A DNA stretch of 64,000 bases from an uncultured Collinsella sp. GTDB taxonomy: Bacteria; Actinomycetota; Coriobacteriia; Coriobacteriales; Coriobacteriaceae. The position numbers and the translations under genes are program-made. Under the pieces are notes generated by a model. It was not told where the DNA came from. It searched no databases and saw only the letters and a program-made list of their open reading frames with translations. Below, piece after piece: positions 27,955 to 38,244 of this stretch (position 1 is its first letter; every line of letters begins with the position of its first letter). The stretch covers positions 22,446 through 86,445 of the forward strand of contig CAMQHB010000001.1 in assembly GCA_947001545.1 (NCBI GenBank), in the 5' to 3' direction.

Positions 27955-28683
27955 ATGGCTACCAAGATTAATATCCGCACCCTGCTCGAGGCCGGCTGCC
28001 ACTTCGGTCACCAGACCCGTCGCTGGAACCCTAAGATGAAGCCGTTCATCTTCGGTGAGCGCAACGGCATCTACATCCTCGACCTCAAGCAGACCATCCT
28101 CGACGCCGACCAAGCCTACACCTTCGTCAAGAACGTCGCCAAGGGTGGCAACGTGCTGTTCGTCGGCACCAAGAAGCAGGCTCAGGAGGCCGTCAAGAAC
28201 GCTGCTGAGCGCGCCAACATGCCCTACATCAACCAGCGTTGGCTCGGCGGTATGCTGACCAACTTCGTCACCATCCGCTCCCGCATCAACCGCATGGAGG
28301 AGCTCGAGGCCATGGTCGAGGACGGCCGCATGGCTGTTCTGCCCAAGAAGGAGCAGGCTGTTCTCGGCAAGGAGCTCACCAAGCTCCAGACCAACCTCGG
28401 TGGCGCTCGCGACATGAAGGGTCTGCCCCAGGCTCTCTTCGTCATCGACACCAAGCGCGAGGAGAACGCCATCAAGGAGGCTCAGCGCCTGAACATCCCC
28501 GTCGTCGCTCTGATCGACACCAACTCCGATCCCGACGAGGTCGAGTACGGCATCCCCTGCAACGATGACGCTATCTCCGCTGTCACCCTTATGTGCGAGC
28601 TCATGGCTGACGCCTGCCTTGCTGGCTCCGGCAAGGAGCAGGTCTCCGAGGCCGAGATGGCCGCTGAGCCCAAGGCCGAGTAA
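27955..28683 (+). CDS. rpsB: 30S ribosomal protein S2
   Basis: [19 protein letters not shown] is the canonical S2 sequence. Confidence 0.96.
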   Translation: MATKINIRTLLEAGCHFGHQTRRWNPKMKPFIFGERNGIYILDLKQTILDADQAYTFVKNVAKGGNVLFVGTKKQAQEAVKNAAERANMPYINQRWLGGMLTNFVTIRSRINRMEELEAMVEDGRMAVLPKKEQAVLGKELTKLQTNLGGARDMKGLPQALFVIDTKREENAIKEAQRLNIPVVALIDTNSDPDEVEYGIPCNDDAISAVTLMCELMADACLAGSGKEQVSEAEMAAEPKAE

Positions 28684-28729
28684 ATCAGTCTTAGTTAATT
28701 CTTTTTTCATCTCTTTGAAAGGAACCACA

Positions 28730-29599
28730 ATGGCCCAGATTACCGCCGCTATGGTCAAGCAGCTCCGCGAGATGACCGACTCCCCGATGATGGAGTGCAA
28801 GAAGGCTCTCGTCGAGGCTGACGGCGACATGGACGCCGCTGTCGACGTTCTGCGTAAGAACGGCCTTGCCAAGGCTGCCAAGAAGGCTGGCCGTGAGACC
28901 AACGAGGGCGCTGTCGCCGCGTTCGTCTCCGAGGATGGCAAGACCGGCGCTCTGCTCGAGCTCTCCTGCGAGACCGACTTCGTTGGCTCCAACGCCAAGT
29001 TCACTGGCTTTGCTTCCAAGGTCGCTGAGGTTGTCGCTACCACCGAGCCTGCTGACGTCGACGCTCTGCTCGAGAAGCCGATGGGCGAGGAGACCGTTTC
29101 CTCCGAGCTCACCGAGATGATTCACATCATGGGCGAGAATATGAAGATCTCCCGCTTCGCTGCCCGCAAGGCCGAGAACGGCGCGCTCGCTTCTTACATC
29201 CACATGGGTGGTAAGATCGGCGTCCTCGTCGAGTTCGCCTTCGAGAAGGCCGAGACCGCTCAGGCTGAGTCCTTCAAGACCTTCGCTCACGACGTTGCCC
29301 TTCAGGTTGCCGCCGTCGCCCCGATCTGCGCTACCCGCGATCAGGTTCCGGCCGAGACCGTCGAGCACGAGAAGCAGATCTACATGGCCCAGGCTGCTGA
29401 GTCCGGCAAGCCCGAGGCTATTCAGGAGAAGATGGCTGTCGGCCGTCTGGAGAAGTTCTACAAGCAGTCCGTGCTCACCGAGCAGGAGTTCATCAAGGAC
29501 AGCTCCCTCACCATCAAGAAGTACGCTGAGCAGGTCTCCAAGGAGCTCGGCGACACCATTACCGTCGTTGCCTTTGACCGTCTGGTCCGTGGCGAGTAA
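28730..29599 (+). CDS. tsf: elongation factor Ts
   Basis: MAQITAAMVKQLREMTDSPMMECKKAL matches EF-Ts. The ORF-track start at 28565 overlaps rpsB and is an over-extension. Confidence 0.95.
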   Translation: MAQITAAMVKQLREMTDSPMMECKKALVEADGDMDAAVDVLRKNGLAKAAKKAGRETNEGAVAAFVSEDGKTGALLELSCETDFVGSNAKFTGFASKVAEVVATTEPADVDALLEKPMGEETVSSELTEMIHIMGENMKISRFAARKAENGALASYIHMGGKIGVLVEFAFEKAETAQAESFKTFAHDVALQVAAVAPICATRDQVPAETVEHEKQIYMAQAAESGKPEAIQEKMAVGRLEKFYKQSVLTEQEFIKDSSLTIKKYAEQVSKELGDTITVVAFDRLVRGE

Positions 29600-29622
29600 A
29601 TAAGCTCTTGTAGCTGGTAATG

Positions 29623-29657
29623 AGCAGGCTGTGGGTTTTACTCACAGCCTGCTTTTT
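29623..29657 (+). terminator. intrinsic terminator after tsf
   Basis: The 11-bp stem agcaggctgtg...cacagcctgct is followed by a ttttt run. Confidence 0.85.
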
Positions 29658-29716
29658 CATGGCTCTTATGAGAGCCTTTGATATCATATTGAGAGTCTAA
29701 TTAAAGGAGAATCGCT

Positions 29717-30439
29717 TTGTCCGACATCCGATATAAACGCGTGCTTCTTAAGCTTTCCGGCGAAGCACTCATGGGCGACGGCCAATATGGCATCGACCCC
29801 AAGGTTACCGACCATCTTGCCAAGCAGGTCAAGGAGCTGCTCGCCGTTGGCCATGAGGTCGGCGTCGTTGTCGGCGGCGGTAATATTTTCCGCGGCATGG
29901 CCGGCGCTGCCGGTGGCATGGAGCGTGCTCAGGCCGACTACATGGGTATGCTGGCAACCGTTATGAACGCGCTCGCCCTGCAGGATGCCTTCGAGCACAA
30001 CGATGTTCCCTGCCGCGTTATGAGCGCTATCCAGATGAACGAGATCTGCGAGCCCTATATTCGCCGTCGCGCCATCAACCACCTTTCCAAGGGCAACGTT
30101 GTTATTTTTGCCGCCGGTTCGGGCAATCCGTACTTTACGACCGACACCGCCGCGGCTCTTCGTGCGTGCGAGATCGGCGCCGAGATTCTGATTAAAGCCA
30201 CCAAGGTTGACGGCATCTACGACAAGGATCCCGTCAAGTGCGCCGATGCCGTCCGTTTTGACAAGATTACCTATCACGAGGTGCTCGTCCGCGGTCTGCA
30301 GGTTATGGATTCCACGGCTACGGCACTGTGCCAGGATAACCGTATGCCGATTTTGGTCCTCAACATCGATGGCGAGGACACCGTCAAGCGCGCGCTCGCG
30401 GGTGAGCCCGTCGGCACGCTCGTCTATCAGGAGGATTAA
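29717..30439 (+). CDS. pyrH: UMP kinase
   Basis: Motifs seen: [23 protein letters not shown] and [12 protein letters not shown] start. Confidence 0.95.
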   Translation: MSDIRYKRVLLKLSGEALMGDGQYGIDPKVTDHLAKQVKELLAVGHEVGVVVGGGNIFRGMAGAAGGMERAQADYMGMLATVMNALALQDAFEHNDVPCRVMSAIQMNEICEPYIRRRAINHLSKGNVVIFAAGSGNPYFTTDTAAALRACEIGAEILIKATKVDGIYDKDPVKCADAVRFDKITYHEVLVRGLQVMDSTATALCQDNRMPILVLNIDGEDTVKRALAGEPVGTLVYQED

Positions 30440-30441
30440 GC

Positions 30442-30978
30442 ATGGCAGAGAACATCACCGCCCATATGGACAAGTCGCTCGAGTCCCTCAAGCATAACTT
30501 CTCCAAGGTCCGTACCGGCCGCGCCAATGCCAACATTCTGTCCGACATCACCGTCGATTATTACGGTGTTCCCACGCCGGTCACGCAGGTTGCCGCCGTC
30601 AAGACCCCCGAGGCCCACATGCTGCTCATCGAGCCGTGGGACAAGGCACTCATCAATGCTATCGTCAAGGCCATCGGCGCTTCCGATCTGGGTATTACCC
30701 CCAACTCCGATGGCACCGTCGTTCGTCTTCCGTTCCCGGCTCCCACCGAGGAGCGCCGTCGCGAGCTCGTCAAGGAGTGCCGCGAGTACGCCGAGCAGGC
30801 CAAGGTGTCTATCCGTAACATCCGTCGCGACTTCAACAACAAGCTCGAGCGCGATGAGGAGCTCACCGAGGACGATGTCCGTCGCGAGCAGGCCAAGGTC
30901 CAGAAGCACACCGATGAGTATGTCGCCAAGGTCGAGGAGCTTCTGAAGGAAAAAGAAGCCGAGGTCATGGAGATCTAA
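30442..30978 (+). CDS. frr: ribosome recycling factor
   Basis: Motifs seen: VRTGRANANILSDITVDYYG and IRNIRRD. Confidence 0.95.
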   Translation: MAENITAHMDKSLESLKHNFSKVRTGRANANILSDITVDYYGVPTPVTQVAAVKTPEAHMLLIEPWDKALINAIVKAIGASDLGITPNSDGTVVRLPFPAPTEERRRELVKECREYAEQAKVSIRNIRRDFNNKLERDEELTEDDVRREQAKVQKHTDEYVAKVEELLKEKEAEVMEI

Positions 30979-30979
30979 G

Positions 30980-31774
30980 GTGCAATACGACGAGCATAAA
31001 CTGGTCGAGTACTTTGCCGACGCCCCTGCGGGCGTCGGTTTTTCCGACCTTGACCTCAATAACATTCCGCACCATATCTCGTGCATCATGGACGGCAACG
31101 GTCGTTGGGCCGCGTCGCGCGGTCTTGCACGCACTGAGGGCCACAAGGCGGGTATCGTCTCGCTGCGCGAGATCATTACCGCCTGCGTGCGCCTGGGCGT
31201 CGACGTGCTTTCGGCCTATGCGTTTTCTACCGAAAACTGGAACCGCCCGCAGCATGAGGTCAACGTCTTGATGCACCTGTTTGCCAAGACGTTCATCGAC
31301 GAGTTGCCGCTTCTGAAGCGCGAAAACGTGCGCGTTGTCTTTTTGGGTGATATTTCCGCGCTGCCCAAGAAGACCCGCGACGTTTTTGAACGCGGTCTTG
31401 ACGAGTGCGCCGATCACACCGGTATGACGCTGGCGCTTGCCGTCAACTACGGCGCGCGTGCCGAGATTACCCGCGCTGTCCGTCAGATCGCACTCGACGC
31501 TGCCGCCGGTAAGATCGATCCTGCCGCAATTGATGACGACATGGTGGCTTCCCACCTCTATACCGCCGGCCTTCCCGATCCTGAGCTTGTGATTCGCACT
31601 TCTGGTGAGCTGCGCCTTTCGAACTATCTGCTGTGGCAGGTGGCTTATTCCGAGTTCTACGTCACCGATACCTATTGGCCCGACTTTGATCGTTGGGGCC
31701 TTGTCGACGCCATTTTGGCCTATCAGGGCCGTGACCGTAGGTTTGGTGGTCTGAGCAAGACCGAGGAGGCTTAA
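30980..31774 (+). CDS. uppS: isoprenyl transferase (undecaprenyl diphosphate synthase family)
   Basis: Motifs seen: HISCIMDGNGRWA, FSTENWNRP and RTSGELRLSNYLLWQ. Confidence 0.93.
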   Translation: MQYDEHKLVEYFADAPAGVGFSDLDLNNIPHHISCIMDGNGRWAASRGLARTEGHKAGIVSLREIITACVRLGVDVLSAYAFSTENWNRPQHEVNVLMHLFAKTFIDELPLLKRENVRVVFLGDISALPKKTRDVFERGLDECADHTGMTLALAVNYGARAEITRAVRQIALDAAAGKIDPAAIDDDMVASHLYTAGLPDPELVIRTSGELRLSNYLLWQVAYSEFYVTDTYWPDFDRWGLVDAILAYQGRDRRFGGLSKTEEA

Positions 31775-31776
31775 TC

Positions 31777-32676
31777 GTGTCCGATCGTCCCAAGGCATCT
31801 GCTCCCAAGACGCCTGCGCGCAAAGCTGCCACTGCGGGAGCGCCTGCAGCTAAGAGCGGCACCGGTTCGTGGCTGGCGGGCTTTATTACCCGTGCCGCCG
31901 CCGGTATCGTCTACGCCGTTGTCTTTATCCTGTGCCTGGTTTTGGGTATCGTGCCCACGGCCATCTTTGTTTCTGTTATGAGCGGTCTGTGCTGCTATGA
32001 GTTTTTCCGTATGACGAGGCTCGATGGCAAGATGGCTAACGAGCGCATGGGTATCGCTGCCGCCGTACTCTTTCCGCTGTCGGCGTTGGGCGATTCGATG
32101 TTGCTGAATGCCCTGCTTTTTGCCCTGATGCTCGCTGTGGGCATTTGGTATGTCTGGTCGCCGCGTACCCGTATCTCTGATGTGGCCGTGACGCTCATGG
32201 GTCCCATCTACACTGGCTTTATGCTGTCGGCTATCGTGCTGCTGCGCGATGCCGTGCCCGGTTTTGCCGGCGCCCTGCTTTCGGTGGGCGTTTGCGCGTC
32301 CCTTTGGGTCTCCGACTCGTTTGCCTACATCGTGGGTAGCCGTATCGGCAAGCACAAGATGGTTCCCAAGATCTCTCCCAAAAAGAGCTGGGAGGGGTTT
32401 GCCGGCGGCATCCTGGGCTCGGTTTTGATTTGGCTCATCCTGTGGGCGACGCATTTCTACAAGCTCAGCCTGCCCTATGCGCTGCTGTGCGGCGTGGTCG
32501 TGTCCATTCTGGGCGTTATCGGCGACCTTATCGAGTCGCGCATCAAGCGCGGCGTGGGCGTCAAGGATTCCGGCAACCTTATCCCGGGCCACGGCGGCAT
32601 GCTCGATCGTAGCGATTCGCTTATCTTCGGCTGCATCACCGCGCAGCTGCTTTTGATGATCGGGGGCGTGCTGTAA
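31777..32676 (+). CDS. cdsA: phosphatidate cytidylyltransferase
   Basis: This is a polytopic protein carrying the SPKKSWEG...SRIKRGVGVKDSGNLIPGHGGMLDRSDS signature. Confidence 0.92.
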   Translation: MSDRPKASAPKTPARKAATAGAPAAKSGTGSWLAGFITRAAAGIVYAVVFILCLVLGIVPTAIFVSVMSGLCCYEFFRMTRLDGKMANERMGIAAAVLFPLSALGDSMLLNALLFALMLAVGIWYVWSPRTRISDVAVTLMGPIYTGFMLSAIVLLRDAVPGFAGALLSVGVCASLWVSDSFAYIVGSRIGKHKMVPKISPKKSWEGFAGGILGSVLIWLILWATHFYKLSLPYALLCGVVVSILGVIGDLIESRIKRGVGVKDSGNLIPGHGGMLDRSDSLIFGCITAQLLLMIGGVL

Positions 32677-33863
32677 TGTCATTCCAGACGACGTATGGCT
32701 CCGATGGACGCCTTCGTGTTGCCATCCTGGGTTGTACGGGCTCTATCGGCACGCAGGCACTCGACGTGTGCCGTCAGCATGCCGATCGACTGCAGGTAAC
32801 GGCGCTGTCCGTCAATTCCAGCACCTCGGAGCTCGTTGCCGCCGCCCGCGAGTTCTCGGTTCCGGCCGTTGCCGTGGCCGACTCCGCCCACGGTGCGGAC
32901 GCCGTGCTGCAGGAGCTGCCCGAGGGCACGGAGCTCGGTGTTGGTGCGCAGGCGGTTTGTGAGCTCGCACGTCGCGATGATGTCGACTGTGTGCTTGTTG
33001 CCATTGTGGGCGCTGCCGGGCTCGAAGCGAGCCATGCGGCCTTGACCTCGAATAAGCGTCTTGCCCTTGCCAACAAGGAGTCCCTCGTCGTCGGTGGCGA
33101 CTTGCTTATGCCGTTGGCGCAACCGGGCCAGCTTATTCCAGTTGACTCTGAGCACTCCGCCATCTACCAGTGTTATCTGGGGGAGAACCCACGCGAGGCT
33201 CATTGTATTTGGCTCACCTGCTCGGGCGGTCCGTTCTTTGGCCGCACGCGCGACGAGCTCAATCGCGTGACGCGTGCCGATGCCCTCGCACATCCCACGT
33301 GGGCCATGGGTGCCAAGATCACCATCGACTCCGCCACCCTCATGAACAAGGGTCTGGAGCGCATTGAGGCCATGCATCTGTTTAACTGCGACCTCGATTT
33401 CATTAACGTGGTCGTGCAACGTCAGTCCAAGATTCACTCTATGGTCGAGTTTGCCGACGGCTCCGTGATGGCGCATCTCGGTGCTTCCGACATGCGTATT
33501 CCCATCCAGTTCGCGTTCTCGTATCCCGAGCGTTGGGATACCCCGGCGCCTCGTATCGATTTCCGCGAGCTGGGACAGCTCACGTTTGATGCTGCCGACA
33601 TGGATACCTTCCGCTGTCTGGCACTGGCCGAGCGTGCCGGCAAGACGGGTGGCACCATGCCGTGCGTGCTCAATGCCGCCAACGAGGTCGCCGTCGATGC
33701 CTTCCTGCACGATGGCTGCAGCTTTACCGATATCGATCGCATTGTGGAATCCTGCATGGATGCCCACGATATGCAGGCGGTCGATTCGTTTGAGCAGCTT
33801 CGCGACATCGATGCGTGGGCGCGTGAAAAAGCTGTGCAGGCGCTCGCCGCAACCCGTTCCTAA
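32676..33863 (+). CDS. dxr: 1-deoxy-D-xylulose 5-phosphate reductoisomerase
   Basis: Motifs seen: ILGCTGSIGTQALDV, LANKESLV, PVDSEHSAI and HPTWAMG. Confidence 0.95.
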   Translation: MSFQTTYGSDGRLRVAILGCTGSIGTQALDVCRQHADRLQVTALSVNSSTSELVAAAREFSVPAVAVADSAHGADAVLQELPEGTELGVGAQAVCELARRDDVDCVLVAIVGAAGLEASHAALTSNKRLALANKESLVVGGDLLMPLAQPGQLIPVDSEHSAIYQCYLGENPREAHCIWLTCSGGPFFGRTRDELNRVTRADALAHPTWAMGAKITIDSATLMNKGLERIEAMHLFNCDLDFINVVVQRQSKIHSMVEFADGSVMAHLGASDMRIPIQFAFSYPERWDTPAPRIDFRELGQLTFDAADMDTFRCLALAERAGKTGGTMPCVLNAANEVAVDAFLHDGCSFTDIDRIVESCMDAHDMQAVDSFEQLRDIDAWAREKAVQALAATRS

Positions 33864-33873
33864 CCCATAAGGA

Positions 33874-35250
33874 TTGCTTTTTCGTTTTATGGATACTGTT
33901 CTGAGCGTTCTTTCATCGGTCTTTTGGGGCCTGCTGATGCTTTCCGTCCTCGTGTTTTTGCACGAGGGCGGCCACTTTTTGGCGGCGCGTGCCTGCGGCG
34001 TCCGTGTGACCGAGTTCTTTTTGGGCCTGCCGTGCCGCTTTGACATCCATTACACGTCGCGTCGCATTGGAACCAAGTTTGGCGTGACCCCGCTGCTGCT
34101 GGGTGGCTACGCTGCCATCTGCGGTATGGATCCGACCGATGTCTCGTGCGCCGATCGCGTGCTCGCGGCTATCTACCGTCATGGTCGTGTGACCGTGGCC
34201 GACCTTGCTGTCGAGCTCGAGCTTTCCGAGGAGGATGTGCTCGAGGCATGCGCCTTGCTCTTGGGTTGGGGCTCTATCGCTCCCTGGTATGAAGAAGGGG
34301 AAAAGCCTTCGCCCAGCTACTATCCCACCAAGTATCAGACGTTGCCGCGAGACACGGCAGGCTATACCACCTTTGATGGCCGCCGTTTCGATCGAGAGCA
34401 TGCGACTACCGAGGGCGATGTGTGGGAGCTGCCGTGCGGCGAGGCCGAGTTCCTTGCACAAGAGCGTTCGCACACCTATCTTGGCCAGGGCTTTCTCAAG
34501 CGCGCCTTTATGCTGCTTGCGGGCATTCTCGTCAATATCCTGACGGGCTTTTTGCTGCTTATGAGCATCTACTCTATTGCGGGTGTCACCGTGCCGATGG
34601 ATACCAACGTGATCGGTCAGGTTGACGAGGGGTCTATTGCCGCCAAGGCGGGTATCGAGGGCGGCGACGCGATCCTTTCGGTTGACGGAGTATCGTGCTC
34701 TACCTGGATGGACGTTTACGATGCCATCGGTAAGGCTGCCGGTAAGGACGATATCGCCATCGAGTACGAGCGTGACGGCAAGCAGCATTCGACCGCGGTT
34801 GCGCTCAAAGAGGACGAGCGCCTAGGTGTGTATGCCTCTACGCAGGTGGTCCGTTTAGACCCCATCACGTCGGCTCGACTTTCGTTCTCCTATGTCGTGC
34901 AGACAGCGGAGGGCGTGATGCGCCTGCTCCAGCCGCAGCATACGATGGAGATTCTCGATCAGTCTTCTTCGATCGTGGGCATTAGCGTTATGTCCTCACA
35001 GGCTGCTGCTGCCGGCCCTGCCACGTTCCTTTCGTTTGCCGCCCTCATTTCGTTCTCGCTTGGCTTTATGAACCTGCTGCCCATCCCACCACTCGATGGC
35101 GGCAAGCTGGTCATCGAGATCATTCAAAAGATTGCTGGCCGCGAGCTTCCGCTCAAGGTCCAGACGATTGTGAGCTATGTGGGCATCGCGCTCTTTGTGC
35201 TGCTGTTTGTCTATATGCTTCGTTCCGACATCCTTCGATTTATTCTGTAG
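33874..35250 (+). CDS. rseP: RIP metalloprotease RseP (site-2 protease, PDZ domain)
   Basis: It has an HEGGHFLAAR HExxH motif, a PDZ-like region (GDAILSVDG) and NLLPIPPLDGG. The alternative ATG start is at 33889. Confidence 0.9.
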   Translation: MLFRFMDTVLSVLSSVFWGLLMLSVLVFLHEGGHFLAARACGVRVTEFFLGLPCRFDIHYTSRRIGTKFGVTPLLLGGYAAICGMDPTDVSCADRVLAAIYRHGRVTVADLAVELELSEEDVLEACALLLGWGSIAPWYEEGEKPSPSYYPTKYQTLPRDTAGYTTFDGRRFDREHATTEGDVWELPCGEAEFLAQERSHTYLGQGFLKRAFMLLAGILVNILTGFLLLMSIYSIAGVTVPMDTNVIGQVDEGSIAAKAGIEGGDAILSVDGVSCSTWMDVYDAIGKAAGKDDIAIEYERDGKQHSTAVALKEDERLGVYASTQVVRLDPITSARLSFSYVVQTAEGVMRLLQPQHTMEILDQSSSIVGISVMSSQAAAAGPATFLSFAALISFSLGFMNLLPIPPLDGGKLVIEIIQKIAGRELPLKVQTIVSYVGIALFVLLFVYMLRSDILRFIL

Positions 35251-35254
35251 GGGA

Positions 35255-36346
35255 GTGTTTGGATTGTCTTTATCCCATCCTTTGCCTCGCGAGTTGACGT
35301 GCCCCGTGCATGTGGGCGGCGTGCAGATCGGTGGCGGCGCTCCGGTCGTGGTCCAGTCCATGACCTGCACCGATACCGCTGATGCCCAGGCAACGCTTGC
35401 GCAAGTGTGCGCGTTGGCGCAGGCTGGCTGCGATATCGTGCGCGTGAGCGTGCCCACCGAGGCCGCGCTTGAGGGTTTTCGCACCATCTGTGCCGAGTCT
35501 CCGGTGCCGATCGTTGCCGATATTCACTTTAACCATAAACTCGCCATCGGCGCCGTCGAGGCGGGTGCCGCCAAGCTTCGCATCAATCCCGGCAATATCG
35601 GCGATTGGGCCAAGGTTGACGCGGTGATTGATGCTGCGGGTGCCGCTGGGTGCGCGATTCGCATTGGCGTGAACGCGGGCTCGCTTGAGCAGGATATCGC
35701 CGAGCGCGATGACCTCACGCAGCCCGAAAAGCTCGTGATGTCTAGCGAGCGCTTTGTGCGGCACTTTGAGGATCGTGGGTTTACCAACATTGTGCTTTCC
35801 GCCAAGGCCCATAGCGTACAGACGACGCTCGATACCTATCGAGCCCTGTCGCGTGAGATTCCACACGTTCCGCTTCATCTGGGCGTTACGGAGGCCGGTA
35901 CCAAGCTCCAGGGCACCATCAAGAGCTCTGTAGGCTTGGGTATCTTGCTTTCCGAAGGCATTGGCGACACCATGCGTGTGTCGCTCACAGCTGATCCGGT
36001 TGAGGAGCCGCCGGTTGTCTGGGGTATTCTGCAGTCGTTGGGCCTGCGTCGCCGTGGCCCCGAGATTGTCTCGTGCCCCACGTGCGCCCGCTGCCAGGTT
36101 AACCTTATTCCCATTGCCGAGGAGGTTACCGAGCGGCTTAAGAACTACTCCGCGTCGCTTTCGATCGCTGTGATGGGATGTGCCGTTAATGGCCCCGGCG
36201 AGGCTTCTGATGCCGATCTGGGCGTTGCTTGCGGACGTGGTCAGGCCTTGCTCTTTTCGCATGGCCAGATCATTGGTAAAGTAGCTGAGGACCAAATTGT
36301 CGACGCGCTTATGGCAGAGGTCGACAAACTTATTGAGGAGAAATAA
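35255..36346 (+). CDS. ispG: 4-hydroxy-3-methylbut-2-en-1-yl diphosphate synthase
   Basis: Motifs seen: VQSMT, DIVRVSVP, VADIHF, LRINPGN and SCPTCARC...MGCAVNGPGE. The start is GTG 35255 or TTG 35264. The ORF-track start at 35177 overlaps rseP. Confidence 0.92.
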   Translation: MFGLSLSHPLPRELTCPVHVGGVQIGGGAPVVVQSMTCTDTADAQATLAQVCALAQAGCDIVRVSVPTEAALEGFRTICAESPVPIVADIHFNHKLAIGAVEAGAAKLRINPGNIGDWAKVDAVIDAAGAAGCAIRIGVNAGSLEQDIAERDDLTQPEKLVMSSERFVRHFEDRGFTNIVLSAKAHSVQTTLDTYRALSREIPHVPLHLGVTEAGTKLQGTIKSSVGLGILLSEGIGDTMRVSLTADPVEEPPVVWGILQSLGLRRRGPEIVSCPTCARCQVNLIPIAEEVTERLKNYSASLSIAVMGCAVNGPGEASDADLGVACGRGQALLFSHGQIIGKVAEDQIVDALMAEVDKLIEEK

Positions 36347-38068
36347 ATGACTCGAGCAATGTATATGTCTAAGCTCTATGCGCCGACGCTTAAAGAGGAT
36401 CCGGCGGACGCTGAGCTCGCCAGCCACCGCCTGCTGCTCCGTGCCGGCATGATCCGCAAGGAGGCCGCCGGTCTGTATTCTTATCTGCCGCTCGCATGGC
36501 GCTCGATCCGCAAGATCGAGAACATCGTGCGCGACGAGATGGATGCTGCCGGCGCCCAGGAGCTTATGATGCCTATCATGGTCGATGCCGAGCTGTGGCG
36601 TGAGTCCGGCCGTATCGATGCCTATGGCAAGGAGCTTGTGCGCTTTGACGACCGTCATGGTCGCGAGTTCGTCCTGGGCCCCACGCACGAGGAGACCGTC
36701 ACGGCCCTGGTGCGCAACGAGCTGCGCTCCTACAAACAGCTGCCCGTCAACCTGTACCACATCCAGGATAAGTTCCGCGACGAGTTCCGTCCCCGCTTTG
36801 GCCTGATGCGCGGTCGCGAGTTCATCATGAAGGATGCCTACAGCTTCTCCGCCACGCAGGAGAGCTTGCAGGAGGAGTATGACAAGATGAAGCAGGCCTA
36901 CGCTAACATTTGCGAGCGCTGCTACATCAAGGCCTTGCCCGTCGTTGCCGACTCCGGCGAGATCGGTGGCGATACCTCCGTCGAGTACATGGCTTTGGCC
37001 GACGCCGGCGAGGCTTCTCTCGTCTATTGCGATGACTGCGGTTTTGCCGCCGATGATGAGGCTGCAAGCACCAAGGTCGTCGTGACCGAGGGCCCCGGCG
37101 ACGGTACGCTTACCAAGGTCGAGACTCCGGGCATGGGCACCATTGAGGCCGTTGCTAAGTTCTTTGGGTTCCCCGAGAACGGCACGCGCAAGTCCCTGGC
37201 GCTCATCGATGCCGAGGGCAAGCCCGTCGTGGCCATCGTCCCGGGCGATCATGAGCTCAACGACTGCAAGGCCGAGCATGTCTTTGGCAAGGGTTATCGC
37301 ATGATGACGGACGAGGAGCTCCAGACCTACGGTCTGCACAAGGGCTTTATCGGACCGGTTAACTTGCCCGAGGGCATCCGTCTGGTGTGCGACGAGAGCC
37401 TGCGCGAGTCCAAGCAGTGGGCCTGCGGTGCCAACGAGGTCGATTATCACTTTACCGGTGCCTGCCCCGAGCGCGACTTTACCGTCGATGAGTGGGCAGA
37501 TCTGGTCACCGTCGTTGCCGGCGATCCCTGCCCGCACTGCGGCAAGCCGCTCTCTGCTGCTCGCGGCATCGAGGTCTCGCAGGTCTTCCAGCTGGGTACC
37601 AAGTATTCCGAGGCCATGGGCGCCACCTTTATGGACGAGGACGGCAAGGAGAAGCCGCTTATCATGGGCTGCTACGGCGTGGGCGTGTCCCGCTCGCTTG
37701 CTGCCGTCGTGGAGCAGCACAACGACGAGCACGGTATCGTCTGGCCGGTTTCCGTTGCCCCGTACGAGGTCGCTGTGATTCCGCTCGATCCCAAGAAGGA
37801 GGAGTGCGCAACCGTCTGCGACCAAATCGTCGAGGGCTTGTGCGCCGAGGGCATCGAGGTCGTCGTCGACAACCGCGACGAGCGTCCCGGCTTTAAGTTT
37901 GCCGATAACGACCTTATGGGATTCCCGTATCAGGTGGTGCTTGGCAAGCGTGGCCTTAAGAATGGCACCGTTGAGCTCAAGGACCGTGCCACGGGCGAGC
38001 GCGAGGACGTGGCGATTGACGAGGTCGTCGCCAAGGTTGCCGAGCTTGTTAAGGCGGCCCGCCGTTAA
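36347..38068 (+). CDS. proS: proline--tRNA ligase (bacterial type with editing insertion)
   Basis: Motifs seen: YAPTLKEDPADAE, AGMIRKEAAGLYSYLP, FRDEFRPRFGLMRGREF and GCYGVGVSR. Confidence 0.95.
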   Translation: MTRAMYMSKLYAPTLKEDPADAELASHRLLLRAGMIRKEAAGLYSYLPLAWRSIRKIENIVRDEMDAAGAQELMMPIMVDAELWRESGRIDAYGKELVRFDDRHGREFVLGPTHEETVTALVRNELRSYKQLPVNLYHIQDKFRDEFRPRFGLMRGREFIMKDAYSFSATQESLQEEYDKMKQAYANICERCYIKALPVVADSGEIGGDTSVEYMALADAGEASLVYCDDCGFAADDEAASTKVVVTEGPGDGTLTKVETPGMGTIEAVAKFFGFPENGTRKSLALIDAEGKPVVAIVPGDHELNDCKAEHVFGKGYRMMTDEELQTYGLHKGFIGPVNLPEGIRLVCDESLRESKQWACGANEVDYHFTGACPERDFTVDEWADLVTVVAGDPCPHCGKPLSAARGIEVSQVFQLGTKYSEAMGATFMDEDGKEKPLIMGCYGVGVSRSLAAVVEQHNDEHGIVWPVSVAPYEVAVIPLDPKKEECATVCDQIVEGLCAEGIEVVVDNRDERPGFKFADNDLMGFPYQVVLGKRGLKNGTVELKDRATGEREDVAIDEVVAKVAELVKAARR

Positions 38069-38099
38069 TCGACGTTTCTGCTATTAGATGTAATTGCGG

Positions 38100-38148
38100 G
38101 ACTGCTCCGTATCTCTCTTAGGAAGAGATGCGGAGCAGTCTATTTTGT
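38100..38148 (+). terminator. intrinsic terminator after proS
   Basis: The 17-bp stem gactgctccgtatctct...agagatgcggagcagtc has one G-U pair and is followed by tattttgttg. Confidence 0.85.
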
Positions 38149-38174
38149 TGCGTGAATAAACTCGATGGGTAAAG

Positions 38175-38210
38175 GAAAACCCCACAGCCCATATGAGCTG
38201 CGGGGTTTTC
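38175..38210 (-). terminator. intrinsic terminator after the minus-strand kinase-like gene
   Basis: The stem is gaaaaccccacagc...gctgcggggttttc. On the minus strand it is followed by ttttccttt. Confidence 0.75.
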
Positions 38211-38244
38211 TTGTGCCTCCGATGCGAAATAAATCGCTCAGATA